Assembly: GCA_030390025.1 (NCBI GenBank)
Contig: CM059431.1
Span: forward strand, 147,500,001-147,564,000
DNA: 64,000 nt
Direction of reading: 5' to 3'
Source of the DNA: Squalus acanthias
Lineage: Eukaryota
The position numbers and the translations under genes are program-made. Below the pieces are notes generated by a model that saw only the letters and a program-made list of their open reading frames with translations, was not told where the DNA came from and made no database searches. Positions 1 through 12,400 of the stretch are shown here, one piece after another; the first letter of the stretch is position 1, and the number at the start of each line of letters is the position of its first letter.

Positions 1-186
1 TAATGTGCACAGTTCTGGTCTCCTTATCACACTTGGAGAACTGTGCACAGTTCTGGTCTCCATGTCACAATTTGAGTACTCTGCACAGTTCTGGTCTCCA
101 TATCACACTTGTAATACGGAGCACATTTTTCGTCTCCATATCACACTAGGATCACTCTGCACAGTTCTGGTCTCCATATCACAACA
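1..186 (+). repeat. 38-bp minisatellite derived from CR1 LINE RT segment (RPHLEYCVQFWSP)
   Basis: Tandem units CACACTTGGAGCACTGTGCACAGTTCTGGTCTCCATAT; translation HLEHCAQFWSPY matches the CR1 ORF2 motif at 8509-9954. Confidence 0.85.
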
Positions 187-204
187 CAAGCAGGATCCCA
201 TATA

Positions 205-376
205 CTTTATTAACCACTTTGTTAACCTGTCCTACCTCCTTCAAAGATTTGTGCACCAACACCCCCAGGTCTCTCTCTTCTTGCACCCCCTTTAATATTG
301 TACCATTTCCCCTGAATTGTCTCTCCTCATTCTTCCGAGCAAAATGTATCACCTCACGCTTCTCTGCGTTGAACTT
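205..376 (-). mobile_element. CR1 LINE RT fragment, interrupted by the solo LTR and resuming at about 2102-2130
   Basis: Minus strand resembles the 'KFNAEKxEVIHF...YNxxGxxLK' region of the other CR1 copies in the window. Confidence 0.65.
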
Positions 377-2097
377 TGTAAGGGTTTCTCTGAACCTGTG
401 AGATTCGTGTGGCTCTGTGCTCAGCCTGGGTGCTAGTGCGAGGTTAGGCCTTGTCGCCTGTTCTGGTCTCCAGCCAGTCTGGGAGCACTAGACACCTGTG
501 AGTGGTTCGACCCACTCGCCCTTACGGTTCTGACACTGGACTTAGATGCGAGAGCAGTAATGGAGAGAAAACTCAGGTAGACCCGGTTGAATGATACGAA
601 ATGGAAAATCTTTATTGCATGTTATTTAAGATTACGAAATACATGTCATAAGCACAGATTAATGACAGTACAATCTTACACGCAGTTATGTAACTAATTT
701 CAGGGAAACGAGGAACGAACGACACATCGTAAATGGGGGCACACATTACAATTATCCTTAAAACTTAAACCCTCCCCTGTCAATACCTACTCTAAACTAG
801 ACTTGTAGGATCGAGACTCATGCTCACCACTCGTGATAACTCGGAGAATTCCGAAAACTCTGATCGGATGTTTTTCACCGCAGCACCTGATCACCCACGT
901 GTTGGTCAGGGGTCTCTGTACCCCACTTGTTTACTCGTTTCTGCTCCGGCTAGCAGGCTGGACCGTCTGCTGTCATGAAGATCTGTGTTGTCCTCGGAGT
1001 TCCGACTCTACTCAAAAAAGAGTCTTCCTGTGCCCTCGCACTGATGCGATAAAATTCGAATAATAGTCATCCTGGCTGTTCTGTAAAATTCAAAGATGGT
1101 CTTCCTGGGCAAGGAAAGTGTCTATTCGACCTACAGGCGCGGTCGGAGCTTACTGACCGTGGCGATACGTATGGTCTTCTTCTCTTCTCATCTCATCTCA
1201 TCTCATCTCATCTCATCTCATCTCGGGCCTTCAGTTCCAACACCGTTTACCGACTTCTCGGGATGGTGCGCCCGTTTCAAGGCTTCACAGCCCAGTTCCA
1301 CACAGATCTTCGCGGCACGCCACGAGGCAGATCCGGGCGGATCGTAAAGTTCAACAGTCTTTTGAAAAGAGACACGAGGCAAACGGCACGGAGTCGAAAG
1401 GATAAGACCACAGGAGCAGCCACGAGGATAAACGCCAGCAGGATAAGAGTCAACCGAATAAGAGAAAGATGGACGGTTGGAGCTTGCAGTTATAGAGCAA
1501 AATCTTCCTTTTCCCGCCCAACCTTAATGTCTTTTCTTTTGTTAGGGTTTGGCGCTCAAATTTCTTGTATAGGGTGATCTCCGTTTTAATGGGTTTCGGG
1601 GATACTCGTAACTGTCTGAGTACCTGTTAATACTTTTCCCATTGTTTAATCGGTCGGTGTTCTCCCTGGAGGGGTTTTGGGGCTTCCAAATGTTTTCTGT
1701 AACTACCCGCTAACGGCTCTCTCATCGTAGAGTCGTTGGGATTTTGCATATTAATGTCTTTGGATGGGTTCTTGATTACTTGGTACAATAGCCCTTATTC
1801 GCACCTGGGAGACCGATTTCAGTATTTGTGTGTATACTGCAAACCCATGATGTCTCGTGTATTATCTTAAATGTGCTTTGTCTTGATCGATCTTGCACAA
1901 ATGTTTATTGGAACGCCATCTTGTCTGCCTGTCGAAGAATCTAGAATGTTCTGCCACGAGGCGTGGCGGCCATTTTACAGGCTGCCTGTGTCCACTTTGA
2001 AAACCTGACAGCATTCTGCTGAAATAAAAGCTGTTTGAACGAAACTATGATGTTTTTCTCCTTATTTATAAAATCGCGATATATTGCGAATTCTACA
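377..2097 (-). mobile_element. Long (1721 bp) solo LTR of an LTR retrotransposon or endogenous retrovirus
   Basis: TGTA...TACA termini, 4-bp TSD ACTT (373-376 and 2098-2101), minus-strand AATAAA at 611-616 and TATAA-like motif near 1490, no coding capacity, flanks rejoin as CR1. Confidence 0.75.
1186..1223. repeat. (CATCT)n microsatellite inside the LTR
   Basis: About 7 direct copies of TCTCA. Confidence 0.9.
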
Positions 2098-2295
2098 ACT
2101 TCATGTCATGTGTCCGCCCATTCCACCAGCTGAACCTCGGGTCTGGAAGGGCCAAGGTTCCAGCTCAATGTCTAGGCCCAGCTATCTCTCCTGCAGCGAA
2201 GGGTGCAGATGGATTAGTCATTCAGAGAGATGCCCACCGTATTCTACACCCATTGCACAACTGGCCTTTGCTACTGGGGTTTCCCACCTCTCTAC

Positions 2296-4107
2296 CAGCC
2301 GTGGCTCAGTTGGGTAGCACTCACGCCTCTGAGTCAGACGGTTGTGGGTTCAAGTCCCACTCCAGAGACTTGAGCACAAAAATCTAGGCTTACACTCCAG
2401 TGCAGTACTGAGGGAGCGCTGCACTGCCGGAGGGGCAGTACTGAGGGAGCGCTGCACTGCCGGAGGGGCAGTACTGAGGGAGCGCTGCACTGTCGGAGGG
2501 CTAGTACTGAGGGAGCGCTGCACTGTCGAAGGGCTAGTACTGAGGGAGCGCTGCACTGTCGGAGGGACAGTACTGAGGGAGCGCTGCACTGTCGGAGGGG
2601 CAGTACTGAGGGAGCGCCGCACTGTCGGAGGGGCAGCACTGAGGGAGCGCTGCACTGTCGGAGGGGCAGTACTGAGGGAGCGCCGCACTGTCGGAGGGGC
2701 AGTACTGAGGGAGCGCTGCACTGTCGGAGGGGCAGTACTGAGGGAGTGCTGCACTGACGGAGGGGCAGTACTGAGGGAGCGCTGCACTGTCGGAGGGGCA
2801 GTACTGAGGGAGCGCTGCACTGTCGGAGGGGCAGTACTGAGGGAGTGCTGCACTGACGGAGGGGCAGTACTGAGGGAGCGCTGCACTGTCGGAGGGGCAG
2901 TACTGAGGGAGCGCTGCACTGTTGGAGGGGCAGTACTGAGGGAGCGCTGCACTGTCGGAGGGGCAGTACTAAGGGAGCGCCGCACTGTCAGAGGGGCAGT
3001 ACTGAGGGAGCGCTGCACTGTCGGAGGGGCAGTACTGAGGGAGTGCTGCACTGTCAGAGGGGCAGTACTGAGGGAGTGCTGCACTGTCGGAGGGGCAGTA
3101 CTGAGGGAGTGCTGCACTGACGGAGAGGCAGTACTGAGGGAGCGCTGCTCTGTCAGAGGGACAGTACTGAGGGAGCGCTGCACTGTCGGAGGGGCAGTAC
3201 TGAGGGACTGCTGCACTGTCGGAGGGGCAGGACTGAGGGAGCGCTGCACTGTCGGAGGGGCAGTACTGAGGGAGCGCTGCACAGTCGGAGGGGCAGTACT
3301 GAGGGAGCAGCGCACTGTCGCAGGGCAGTACTGAGGGAGCTTTGCACAGTCGGAACATCAGTACTGAGGGAGCGCTGCACTGTTGGAGGATTAGTGCTGA
3401 GGGAGCGCTGCACTGTCGGAGGGGCAGTACTGAGGGAGCGCCGCACTGTCGGAGGGGCAGTACTGAGGGAGGGTTAAACTGTCGTTGGGGCAGTACTGAG
3501 GAAGCGCTGCACTGTCGTAGGGCAGGACTGAGGAAGCGCCGCACTGTCAGATCGGCAGCACTGAGGGAGCGCCGCACTGTCGTAGGGCAGGACTGAGGGT
3601 GTGTCGCACTGTCGGACGGGCAGTACTGACGGTGTGCTGCACTGTCGTAGGGCAGGACTGTGGGTGTGCTGCACTGTCGTAGGGCAGGACTGTGGGTGTG
3701 CCGCACTGTCAGATGGCCAGTACTGTGGGTGTGCCGCACTGTCGGATGGCTAGTACTGTGGGTGTGCTGCACTGTTGGAAGTGCCATCTTTCAGATGAGA
3801 CTTGAAACTGAGTCCCCATCTGCTCCCTCAGGAGGACGTGAAAGATCCCATGGCACTATTGGAAGAAGAGCAGGGGAGTTCTCCCCGCTGTCCTGGGGCC
3901 AATATTTATTCCTCAATCAACATCACTAAAACAGATTCTCTGGTCATTATCACATTGCTGTTTGTGGGAGCTTACTGTGCACAAATTGGCTGCTGCCTTT
4001 CCTACAACAGTGACCTCATCTCGAAAAGTTCTTCATTGGCTGTGAAGCACTTTGGGACGACCTGAGATCGTGAAAGGCACTGTAGAAATGTGAGTCTTTC
4101 TTTCTGT
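2296..4107 (+). mobile_element. tRNA-derived Deu-SINE-like element (SacSINE1/AmnSINE1-like) with internal 33-bp expansion
   Basis: Head with A box (GTGGCTCAGTTGG) and B box (GGTTCAAGTCC); body resumes at about 3780 (GATCCCATGGCACTATT...AAATTGGCTGC) and ends in a (TCTT)n tail. Confidence 0.8.
2400..3780 (+). repeat. 33-bp minisatellite (CAGTACTGAGGGAGCGCTGCACTGTCGGAGGGG)n, about 40 copies
   Basis: Direct tandem repeat; gives 11-aa periodic ORFs. Confidence 0.95.
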
Positions 4108-4227
4108 CTGCACGGAAAAGGAAGGCTGCAAAGTGACCTGATAGAGGGCTTTAAGATTATGAAGGGGTTTTAATATCTTCAGCAAAACTGTTCCGATTGT
4201 TTTCGATATATATATATTACTCAAACA

Positions 4228-5095
4228 CAAACCTTAGGAAGGATGTGAAGGCCCTCGAGAGGGTGCAGTGGAGATTTACCAGAATGGTTCCGGGGATGGG
4301 CGATCTTCGCTACAAGGACAGGTTGGAGAAGCTGGTTTTGTTTTCATTAGGGCAAAGGAGGTTGAGGGGTGATTTGATAGAGGTGTACAAGATTATGACG
4401 GGTTTGGATAGGCTCGACGGGGAAACACAGATTTAAGGTTTTGGGCAAGAGAAAAGCAAGGAACCTAGTACGGAGCCCTGCGGAACCCCACTGGAGACAG
4501 CCTTCCAGTCACAAAAACACCCGTCGACCATTACCCTTTGCTTCCTGCCACTGATCCCATATTGTAATGGGTGATGAATAAATCCAATAGCGAATTCAGA
4601 AGAAACTTCTTCACCAAAACAAAAGAAAAATACTGTGGATGCTGGAATAAAAACAGAAAATGCTAGAAATAGGGAAAGTCAAGCGAAAGTCTTTCTTGAC
4701 CAACCTTATTTAATTTTTTGAAGCAGTAACAGAGAGAGTAGACAAGAGCAATGCAGTAGATGTAATTTACCTAGATTTTCAAAAGGCCTTCAGTCAGGTA
4801 CCACATAATAGAGGAATGAATGAGGTCAGAGAATGCGGCGTCAAGGGACAAGTAGCAGATTGGATAGCGAGCTGGCTTCAAGACAGAAAGCAGAGAGCAG
4901 GGGGTAAAGGGTAGCTATTCAGAGTGGCAGAAGGTGGATAGTGGTGTTCCACAAGGATCAGTGCTGGGACCACTGTTGTTTACGATTTATATTAACGATT
5001 TAGACTTTAGAATCAAAAACACAATTTCGAAATTACGGACAACAACAAATTGGAAGGTGTCAATAATGAGGAGGACACAATAAATTACAAGAAAA
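4228..5095 (+). mobile_element. Mosaic of degraded CR1 RT fragments (one short inverted piece at about 4455-4555)
   Basis: KDVKALERVQxRFTRM...RLRGDLIEVYKI and YLDFQKAF...SGVPQGSVLGPLLF motifs. Confidence 0.8.
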
Positions 5096-5159
5096 AAAAG
5101 GAAAGACTTGCATTTATATAGCGCCTTTTCCAACCACCAGACATCTCAAAGCGCTTTAC

Positions 5160-5665
5160 AGCCATATCACACATGGAGAAATGTGCACAGTTCTGGTCTC
5201 CATATCGCACCTGGAGCACTGTGCACAGTTCTGGTCTCCATATCACACCTGGAGCACTGTGCACAGTTCTGTCTCCATATCACACTTGGAGCACTGTGCA
5301 CAGTTCTGGTCTCCATATCACACTTGGAGCACTGTGCACAGTTCTGGTCTCCATATCACACCTGGAGCATTGTGCACAGTTCTGGTCTCCATATCGCGCC
5401 TTGAGCACTGTGCACAGTTCTGGTCTCCATATCACACCTGGAGCACTGTGCACAGTTCTGTCTCCATATCGCACTTGAAGCACTGTGCACAGTTGTGGTC
5501 TCCATATCACACTTGGAGTACTGTGCACTGTTCTGTCTCCATATCACACTTGGAGCATTGTGCACAGTTCTGGTCTCCATATCACACTTGGAGTATTGTG
5601 CACAGTTCTGGTCTCCAGATCACACTTGGAGCACTGTTCACTGTTCTGTTCACCATATCACACTT
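5160..5665 (+). repeat. 38-bp CR1-derived minisatellite
   Basis: Same unit as 1-186; followed by the unique spacer GATCTTGGxTCAGCCTGCCTCCAGCCCAG also seen at about 20390, 25752 and 37641. Confidence 0.9.
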
Positions 5666-5896
5666 TGATCTTGGTTCAGCCTGCCTCCAGCCCAGTTTGG
5701 GAGGGGAGCTTGCTGTGAGCAGATTGGGTCACACATTTCCCTTCATTGAAAGACTTTTGTATTTCTACAGCGCCTTTCACCCCCTCCGGCATGTCCCAAA
5801 GTGCTTCACAGTGAATGAAGTGCTTTGTTTTTGAAGTGTTGTAATGCAGGGAACGCGGCAGCCCATTGGCGCACAGCAAGATCCCAATGTGACAAT

Positions 5897-6320
5897 TTAC
5901 AGAGATAGGGAGGGTTGTAGGTGCTGGAGGAGGTTACAGAGATAGGGAGGGTTGTAGGGCTGAAGGAGGTTACAGAGATACGGAGGGCTGTAGGTGTTGG
6001 AGGAGGTTACAGAGATAGGAAGGGTTGTAGGGGCTGGAGGAGTTTACAGAGATGAGGAGGGTTGTAGGGGCTGGAGGAGGTTACAGAGATAGGGAGGGTT
6101 GTAGGTGTTGGAGGAGGTTACAGAGATAGGGAGTGGGCTAGGGGCTGGAGGAGTTTACAGAGATAGGGAGGGTTGTCGGGCTAGAGGAATTTACAGAGAT
6201 AGGGAGGGGTGTAGGTGTTGGAGAAGATTACAGAAACAGTGAGGGTTGTTGAGGCTGGCGGAGGTTACAGAGAAAAGGGAGGGTTATATGGGCTGGAGGA
6301 GTTTACAGAGATAGGGAGAC
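5897..6320 (+). repeat. 36/37-bp purine-rich minisatellite derived from L2 LINE
   Basis: GGAGGAGGTTACAGAGATAGGGAGGGTTGTAGGGCT units; reverse translation PPYLCNLLQPYN. Confidence 0.9.
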
Positions 6321-6369
6321 GGGTGAGGCTTTCAGAGATTTGTTGTGTCCCTAAACGTCACTCCCGAGC

Positions 6370-6800
6370 GAACTCAGGCCGAGGATGGAGCCTGGGCCTT
6401 TCCTGCTCTGTGTGTGTGTGTGTGGGGCTCAGTACCACACCGGGTGTGAGATCAGGCTAACTCAGCACAGGCCGGGGATGGAGCCTGGGCCTTTCCTGCT
6501 CTGTGTGTGTGTGTGTGGGGCTCAGTACCACACCGGGTGGGAGATCAGGCGAACTCAGCACAGGCCGGGGATGGAGCCTGGGCCTTTCCTGCTCTGTGTG
6601 TGTGTGTGTGAGGCTCAGTACCACACCAGGTGAGAGAACAGGCTTACTCAGCACTAGGCCGGGGATGGAGCCTGGGCCTTTCCTGCTCTGTGTGTGTGTG
6701 TGTGGGGCTCAGTACCACACCGGGTTTGAGATCAGGCTAACTCAGCACAGGCCGGGGATGGAGCCTGGGCCTTTCCTGCTCTGTGTGTGTGTGTGTGTGG
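6370..6800 (+). repeat. About 91-bp repeat containing (TG)n and GGGATGGAGCCTGGGCCTTTCCTGCT
   Basis: Five tandem units; same core as the inverted about 55-bp arrays at 48.5, 52.4 and 56.3 kb. Confidence 0.85.
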
Positions 6801-7089
6801 GGTCTGATCATTGGAACTCAAATCAGGAGATGACCAAACGCCCTCTGGTTCCTCCTCATCAATAAACCGCCCGCACTCCTCGATTAGATTCCAGACTTTA
6901 ACGGTCAAACTTTAATCTTTAAACAAGTATAATAAACGGCCTTAAACATTCGGGAAAACAATTCAGAAACAGTTCCCAGACAATGGAGCATTCTGGAATA
7001 GTTTGTTGTTCTTTGGAATAAAACGACGGAGAAACAATCGACCACAAAACGATAACGTGCTCCCGACAAAAGATTCCACCTCAAGGATG

Positions 7090-7585
7090 AAATATTGTCC
7101 TCGGAGTGGGTGCAGCGAAGATTCACCAGAATGATACCGGGGCTAAAAGGGTTAAATTCCGAGGGCAGGTTGCCCAGACTAGGCTTGTATTCCCTCGAGT
7201 GTAGAAGATTAAGGGGCGATCGAATCGAGGTGTTTTAAGATGATTGAAGGAGTTGAGGGGGTCGATAGAGAGAAACTATTTCCTCTGGTGGGGGGAGTCC
7301 AGAACAAGAGGGGCATCGCCTTAAAATTAGAGCCAGGCCGTTCAGGGGTGATGTCAGGAATCACTTCTTCACACAAAGTGGAGTGGAAATCTGGAACTCT
7401 CTCCCCCAATAAAGCTGTTGAGGCTGGTGGGGGGTCAATTGAAAAATTTCAAAACTGTGATTGATAGATTTTTCTTGGGTGAGGGTATTAAGGGTTACGG
7501 AATCAAGGCGGGTAGATGGACATTGCATACTGATCAGCCATGATCTCATTGAATGGCGGAGCAGGCTCGAGCGGACCGAATGAGG
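7090..7585 (+). mobile_element. CR1 LINE 3' end fragment
   Basis: VQRRFTRMIPG...GVDREKLFPL...IKGYG plus 3' UTR GATCAGCCATGATCTCATTGAATGGCGGAGCAGGCTCGA. Confidence 0.85.
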
Positions 7586-8134
7586 GAGCAGTCACTATAG
7601 GTTCATTCAACACCAACAACCTCATTGGCTGATCCCAGGGCCGGTAGAGCAAAGATCTGATTGGTTGAACCCAAGGCTAGGAGATGGATGGTCTGATTGG
7701 TTGATCCCAAGGCTGGTAGATGGATGTTTGATTGGTTGAACCCCAGGCTGGTAGATGGATGTTCTGATTGGTTGAATCCCAGGCTGGTAGAGGAATCTCC
7801 TGATGGGTTTCTGGCCCAGTTGGGAGACAGAGGTGGACAATCCGCAAGAGATCCCGCCCATCTCTGCAAGGTCCTGAGGAACGAAAGGGATCAGAGACCA
7901 ATTTGTGGGTTCCAGTAGTTCTGGATGGAAGTATTGAACCTGCCCTACTGCCCATCGCAAAGCCTCTCCTCCGGATCGTGACTCTCTCACTCATCCTCCA
8001 ATAGCCACAGGTCCTCCACGGTCACATGTACAACCTTGGAAAGGAAGAGATGCAGTCAGCGCAAAAACGGTTCAAGTCACCTCGCCCCCCACCGGCCAAT
8101 CAGTCAACCTCACTAGTAGGAGCAGGATAATTGG

Positions 8135-8420
8135 TCAGTGTAGAGGGAGCTTTACTCTGTATCTAACCAGGGCTGTACCTGCCCTGGGAGTGTTTGATGG
8201 GACAGTGTAGAGGGAGCTTTATTCTGTATGTAACCTATGCTGTACCTGCCCTGGGAGTGTTTGATGGGGCAGTGTAGAGGGAGCTTTACTCTGTATCTAA
8301 CCGATGCTGTACCTGCCCTGGGAGTATTTGATGGGACAGTGTAGAGGGAGTTTTACTCTGTATCTAACCTGTGCTGTACCTCCCCTGGGATTGTTTGATG
8401 GGGCAGTGTAGAGGGATCTT
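8135..8420 (+). repeat. 67-bp satellite
   Basis: GTAGAGGGAGCTTTACTCTGTATCTAACCCGTGCTGTACCTGCCCTGGGAGTGTTTGATGGGACAGT units. Confidence 0.9.
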
Positions 8421-8508
8421 TAAGAACATCAGAAATAGGAGCAGGAATAGGCGACTTGGCCCCTCGAGCCTGCTCCGCCATTCAATAAGATCAGGGCTGA
8501 TCTAGTGC

Positions 8509-11500
8509 TCAAAGGCACTTCCCAGCACGCTCCTCATAACCCTTCACTCCCTTATCTTGCAAAAATCTGTCTATCTCCATTTTAAATGTATTTAATGACC
8601 CAGCCTCCACGGCTCTCTGCGGCGGAGAATTCCACAAATTTACGACCCTCTGAGAGAAGAAGTTCCTCCTCATCTCAGTTCTAAAAGGGCGACCCTTTAT
8701 TCTGAGACTGTGCCCCCGAGTTCTAGATTTCCCCATTAGGGGAAACATCCTCTCTGCATCTACCCTGTTGAGCCCCCTCAGTATCTTATATGTTTCGATA
8801 AGATCACCTCTCATTCTTCTAAATTCCAATGAGTATAGGCCCAGCCTGCTCAACCTTTCCTCATCAGTCAAACCCCTCATCTCTGGAATTAACCGAGTGA
8901 ATCGTCTCTGAACTGCCTCCAATGCAAGTATATCCTTCCTTAAATCAGGAGACCAAAACTGTACGCAGTACTCAAGGTGTGGTCTCACCAATACCCTGTA
9001 CAGTTGTAGCAGGACTTCCCTGCTTTTATACTCCAACCCCCTTGATTTAAATGCCAACATTCCATTTGCCTTTTTGATTACTTGCTGTACCTGCATGCTA
9101 ACTTTTTGTGTTTCATGCACAAGGACCCCCAGATCCCTCTGAAATGTAGCATTTTGTAATCTCTCTCCATTTAAATAATAGTTTGCTTTTTTATTTTCCT
9201 TGCCAAAGTGGATAACCTTGCACTTTCCCACATTATACTCCATCTGCCAAATGTTTGCCCACTCACCTAGGCTGTCTTTATCCCTTTGCAGATTCTTTGA
9301 GTCCTCTGCACAACTTGCTTTCCCACCCATCTTTGTATCATCTGCAAACTTGGCAACATTACACTCCATCCCTTCATCCAAATCATTAATATAGATTGTA
9401 AACAGTTGAGGCCCCAGCACCGATCCTTGTGGCACCCCACTAGTTACCGTTTGCCAACCAGAAAATGACCCATTTATCCCAACTCTCTGCTTTCTGTTAG
9501 TTAGCCAATTCTCTATCCATGCTAATATATTACCTCCAACTCCATCAGCTCTTATCTTGTGCAGTAACCTTTTATGTGGCACCTTATCGAATGCCTTCTG
9601 GAAATCCAAATATACCACATCCACTGGCTCACCCTTGTCCACCCTGCTTGTTACATGCTCAAAGAACTCCAGCAAATTTGTTAAACATGATTTCCCTTTC
9701 CTAAAACCATGCTGACTCTGTTTGACTGCAGTATGTTTTTCTAAATGCCCTGCTACTGCTTCCTTAATGAAGGACTCCAGCATTTTCCCAACGACAGATG
9801 TTAGGCTAACTGGTCTATAGTTTCTTGCTTTCTGTCTCCCTCCTTTCTTAAATAGGGGTGTTACATTGGCGGTTTTCCAATCCGCTGGGACATCTCCAGA
9901 GTCCAGGGAATTTTGGTATATTGCAACTAAAGCATCCACTATCTCTGCAGCCACTTATTTTATGTCCCTGGGATGTAGGCCATCTGGTCCAGGGGACTTG
10001 TCGTCTTTTAGTCCCATTATTTTACCGAGTACTAATTCCTTAGTGATAGTGATTGTCTTTAGTTCCCCACTCCCTGTGGCCCCTTGATTATCCATTATTG
10101 GGATGTTGTTAGTGTCTTCTACCGTGAAGACAGATGCAAAATATTTGTTCAGAGTCTCTGCCATTTCCCCGTTCCCCATTATTAATTCCCCAGTCTCATC
10201 CTCTAAGGGAACCAACATTTACTTTAGCTACTCTCTTCCTTTTTATATACCTGTAGAAGCTTTTACTATCTGTTTTAATGTTTCATGCCAGCTTACTCAC
10301 ATAATTCATCTTCTCTCTCTTTATTTTTTTTTAGTCATCCTTTGCTGGTTTTTAAAAATTTCTCAAACCTTTGGGGGTAAAAATTCAGTTGGATGCGCCT
10401 CCCGTTAGCGCCTTAAGAGGGCGCTAATGGGGCGCAAAGCCGCTAGCGCCCGGGCGCAGCGATGTTTGCGCCGCTCGGGAACTTAACTAGAGATTGTGCG
10501 GCGGCGCTAAACTTTACCGCTGCGAACACCTGCGCGCGCAGATTGTGACGTCATTCCATGGTGCAACGCCGTTGTGGCGCCCCGGAGCGGAAATTGAGTG
10601 GCGCCCCCTGCCTTACCACCTGGCGCATCCAACGACCAGAAGACTGGAACACTATCAATCGCTGTGGGGCTGGGGGGGGGCGCTGTTTAAAGGGGGCCTC
10701 TTCCTGTCTTTTATTGTTGGTGGCATTTTTGAACGACGCATTCTGAGAGAGAGAGGGAGAGACTTCTGGAGAGATTCAACGTTGTGTGAAGGAGTTTTTG
10801 GGTACTGAGCAGCACTTTGCAGGTTCATTTTGATTTGCCATTCCTTGTATCGATTTAGCAGAGACTGTGGGAGCTGCACTCTGAGCTCTTTGCCTGGTAT
10901 TCTCCATTGTTCTTTCCAGCACATTTGATGTGCAAGTCTCTCCAGGCCGAGATTCAAGGCTGCAATGAACAGGATGTGGATGGAAAGCAAGATTAACCAT
11001 CCCCTTTAAGAACTGGCCCGTGCCATTGTGTGTGTGTTCCATTGCTGACTGACATTACATGAGCTTCGCCAGCGCTCTGAGTTAGCGCCTCACTGCTCGG
11101 CCTTTGCGCCTTAAGACAGGTGTGCAGCGCCTGATTTAGCGCTCCACTCACCTCTCGGGGCGGTAAAAGTGAAGTTTCCAGTCAGTGCCGATAATTAGCG
11201 CCAGGCGCTATTATTTGCGTCCAGACGATATTTGCGCCCCAAATGGGGCGCGACCTAATTTTTCCCCCTTGGTCTCCCACCAATCTTGGCAACATTGTAT
11301 GCCTTCGTTTTCAATTTGATACCATCCTTTACTTCCTTAGTTAGCCACGGATGGTGCTCCCTTCTCTTAAAACCTTTCTTTCTCACTGGAATATATTTTT
11401 GTTGAGAGTTATGAAATATCTCCTTAAATGTCCGCCACTGCATTTCAACTTTCTTACCCTTTAATTTGTTTTTCCAGTCCACTTTAGCCAGTTCTGCCCT

Positions 11501-12301
11501 CATGCCATTATAATTGCCTTTATTTAAGATCAGGACACTGGTTTGGGATACAACTTTCTCAACCTCCAGCTGAATTTGAAATTCAACCGTGCTGTGATCA
11601 CTCTTTCCTAGAGGATCCTTTACTATGAGATCATTTATTAATTTTGTCTCATTACATGGTACTAGATCCAAGATAGCCTGCTCCCTGGTTCGTTCCATGA
11701 CATACTGTTCTAGGAAAACATCCCGGATGCACTCTATGAACTCCTCCTCCAGGCTACCATGGCCAATTTGATTTGTCCAATCAATATGGAGATTAAAATC
11801 ACCAATGATTATTACCGTACCTTTTTTACAGGCCTCCATTATTTGTTGATTTATACTCTGTCCAACAGTATTGCTACTGTTCGGGGGCCTGTAGACTACG
11901 CCCACCAGAGACTTTTTCCCCTTATTATTTTTCATCTCCACCCAAACCAATTCTACATCTTGATCTTCTTAGCCAATATTACTTCTCACCAAAGCAATGA
12001 TCCCATCTTTTACCAACAAAGCCACCCCACCTCCCTTTCCTTTCTTTCTATCCTTCCGAGTTATCATATACCCTGGAATATTCAGTTCCCAGCCCTGGTT
12101 GCCTTGCAACCACGGCTCTGTAATGGCGATCAGATCATACCCATTTCTATCTATTTGTGCCGTCATCTCATTTATCTTGTTACGAATGCTGCGTGCATTA
12201 GGATATAGAGCTTTTAACTTTGTCTTTTTACCATTTTTCCTTGTTTTGGCCTTTTTTTCTGTTACACTCTTATTTTTAAACATTCTGTCCCTTCCTGTCA
12301 C
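8509..12301 (-). pseudogene. CR1 ORF2 (APE endonuclease + reverse transcriptase), disrupted
   Basis: NARSI, IAITEPW, GGGV, YRPP, GDFN, SDH (APE); NYRPVSL, QHGF, LDFQKAFD, GVPQGSVLGP, FADD (RT). In-frame stops at 11969 and 9955, frameshift near 10.2 kb, MITE insertion. Confidence 0.92.
10374..11268. mobile_element. Non-autonomous PIF/Harbinger-type DNA transposon (MITE), about 895 bp
   Basis: TIRs GGGGTAAAAATT / AATTTTTCCCCC, 3-bp TSD TTG (10371-10373, 11269-11271), GC-rich subterminal GCGCC repeats, splits CR1 ORF2. Confidence 0.75.
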
Positions 12302-12400
12302 ACTCTGGTAATTATTCCCCCATCTCTAGCCTGCTCTATTGCTTTCTCATTTCTCATTGACTTTTTATTTTCCCGCTAACCTGGATCCTCCCCCCACTAT

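Noticed and set aside
2296..2365. Possible tRNA genes (also 14598-14670, 21110-21180)
   Set aside because: A and B boxes are present but they continue into SINE bodies without a full cloverleaf
5160..5665. CRISPR-like appearance of the 33-47 bp repeats
   Set aside because: Head-to-tail repeats with no unique spacers, no cas genes, eukaryotic context
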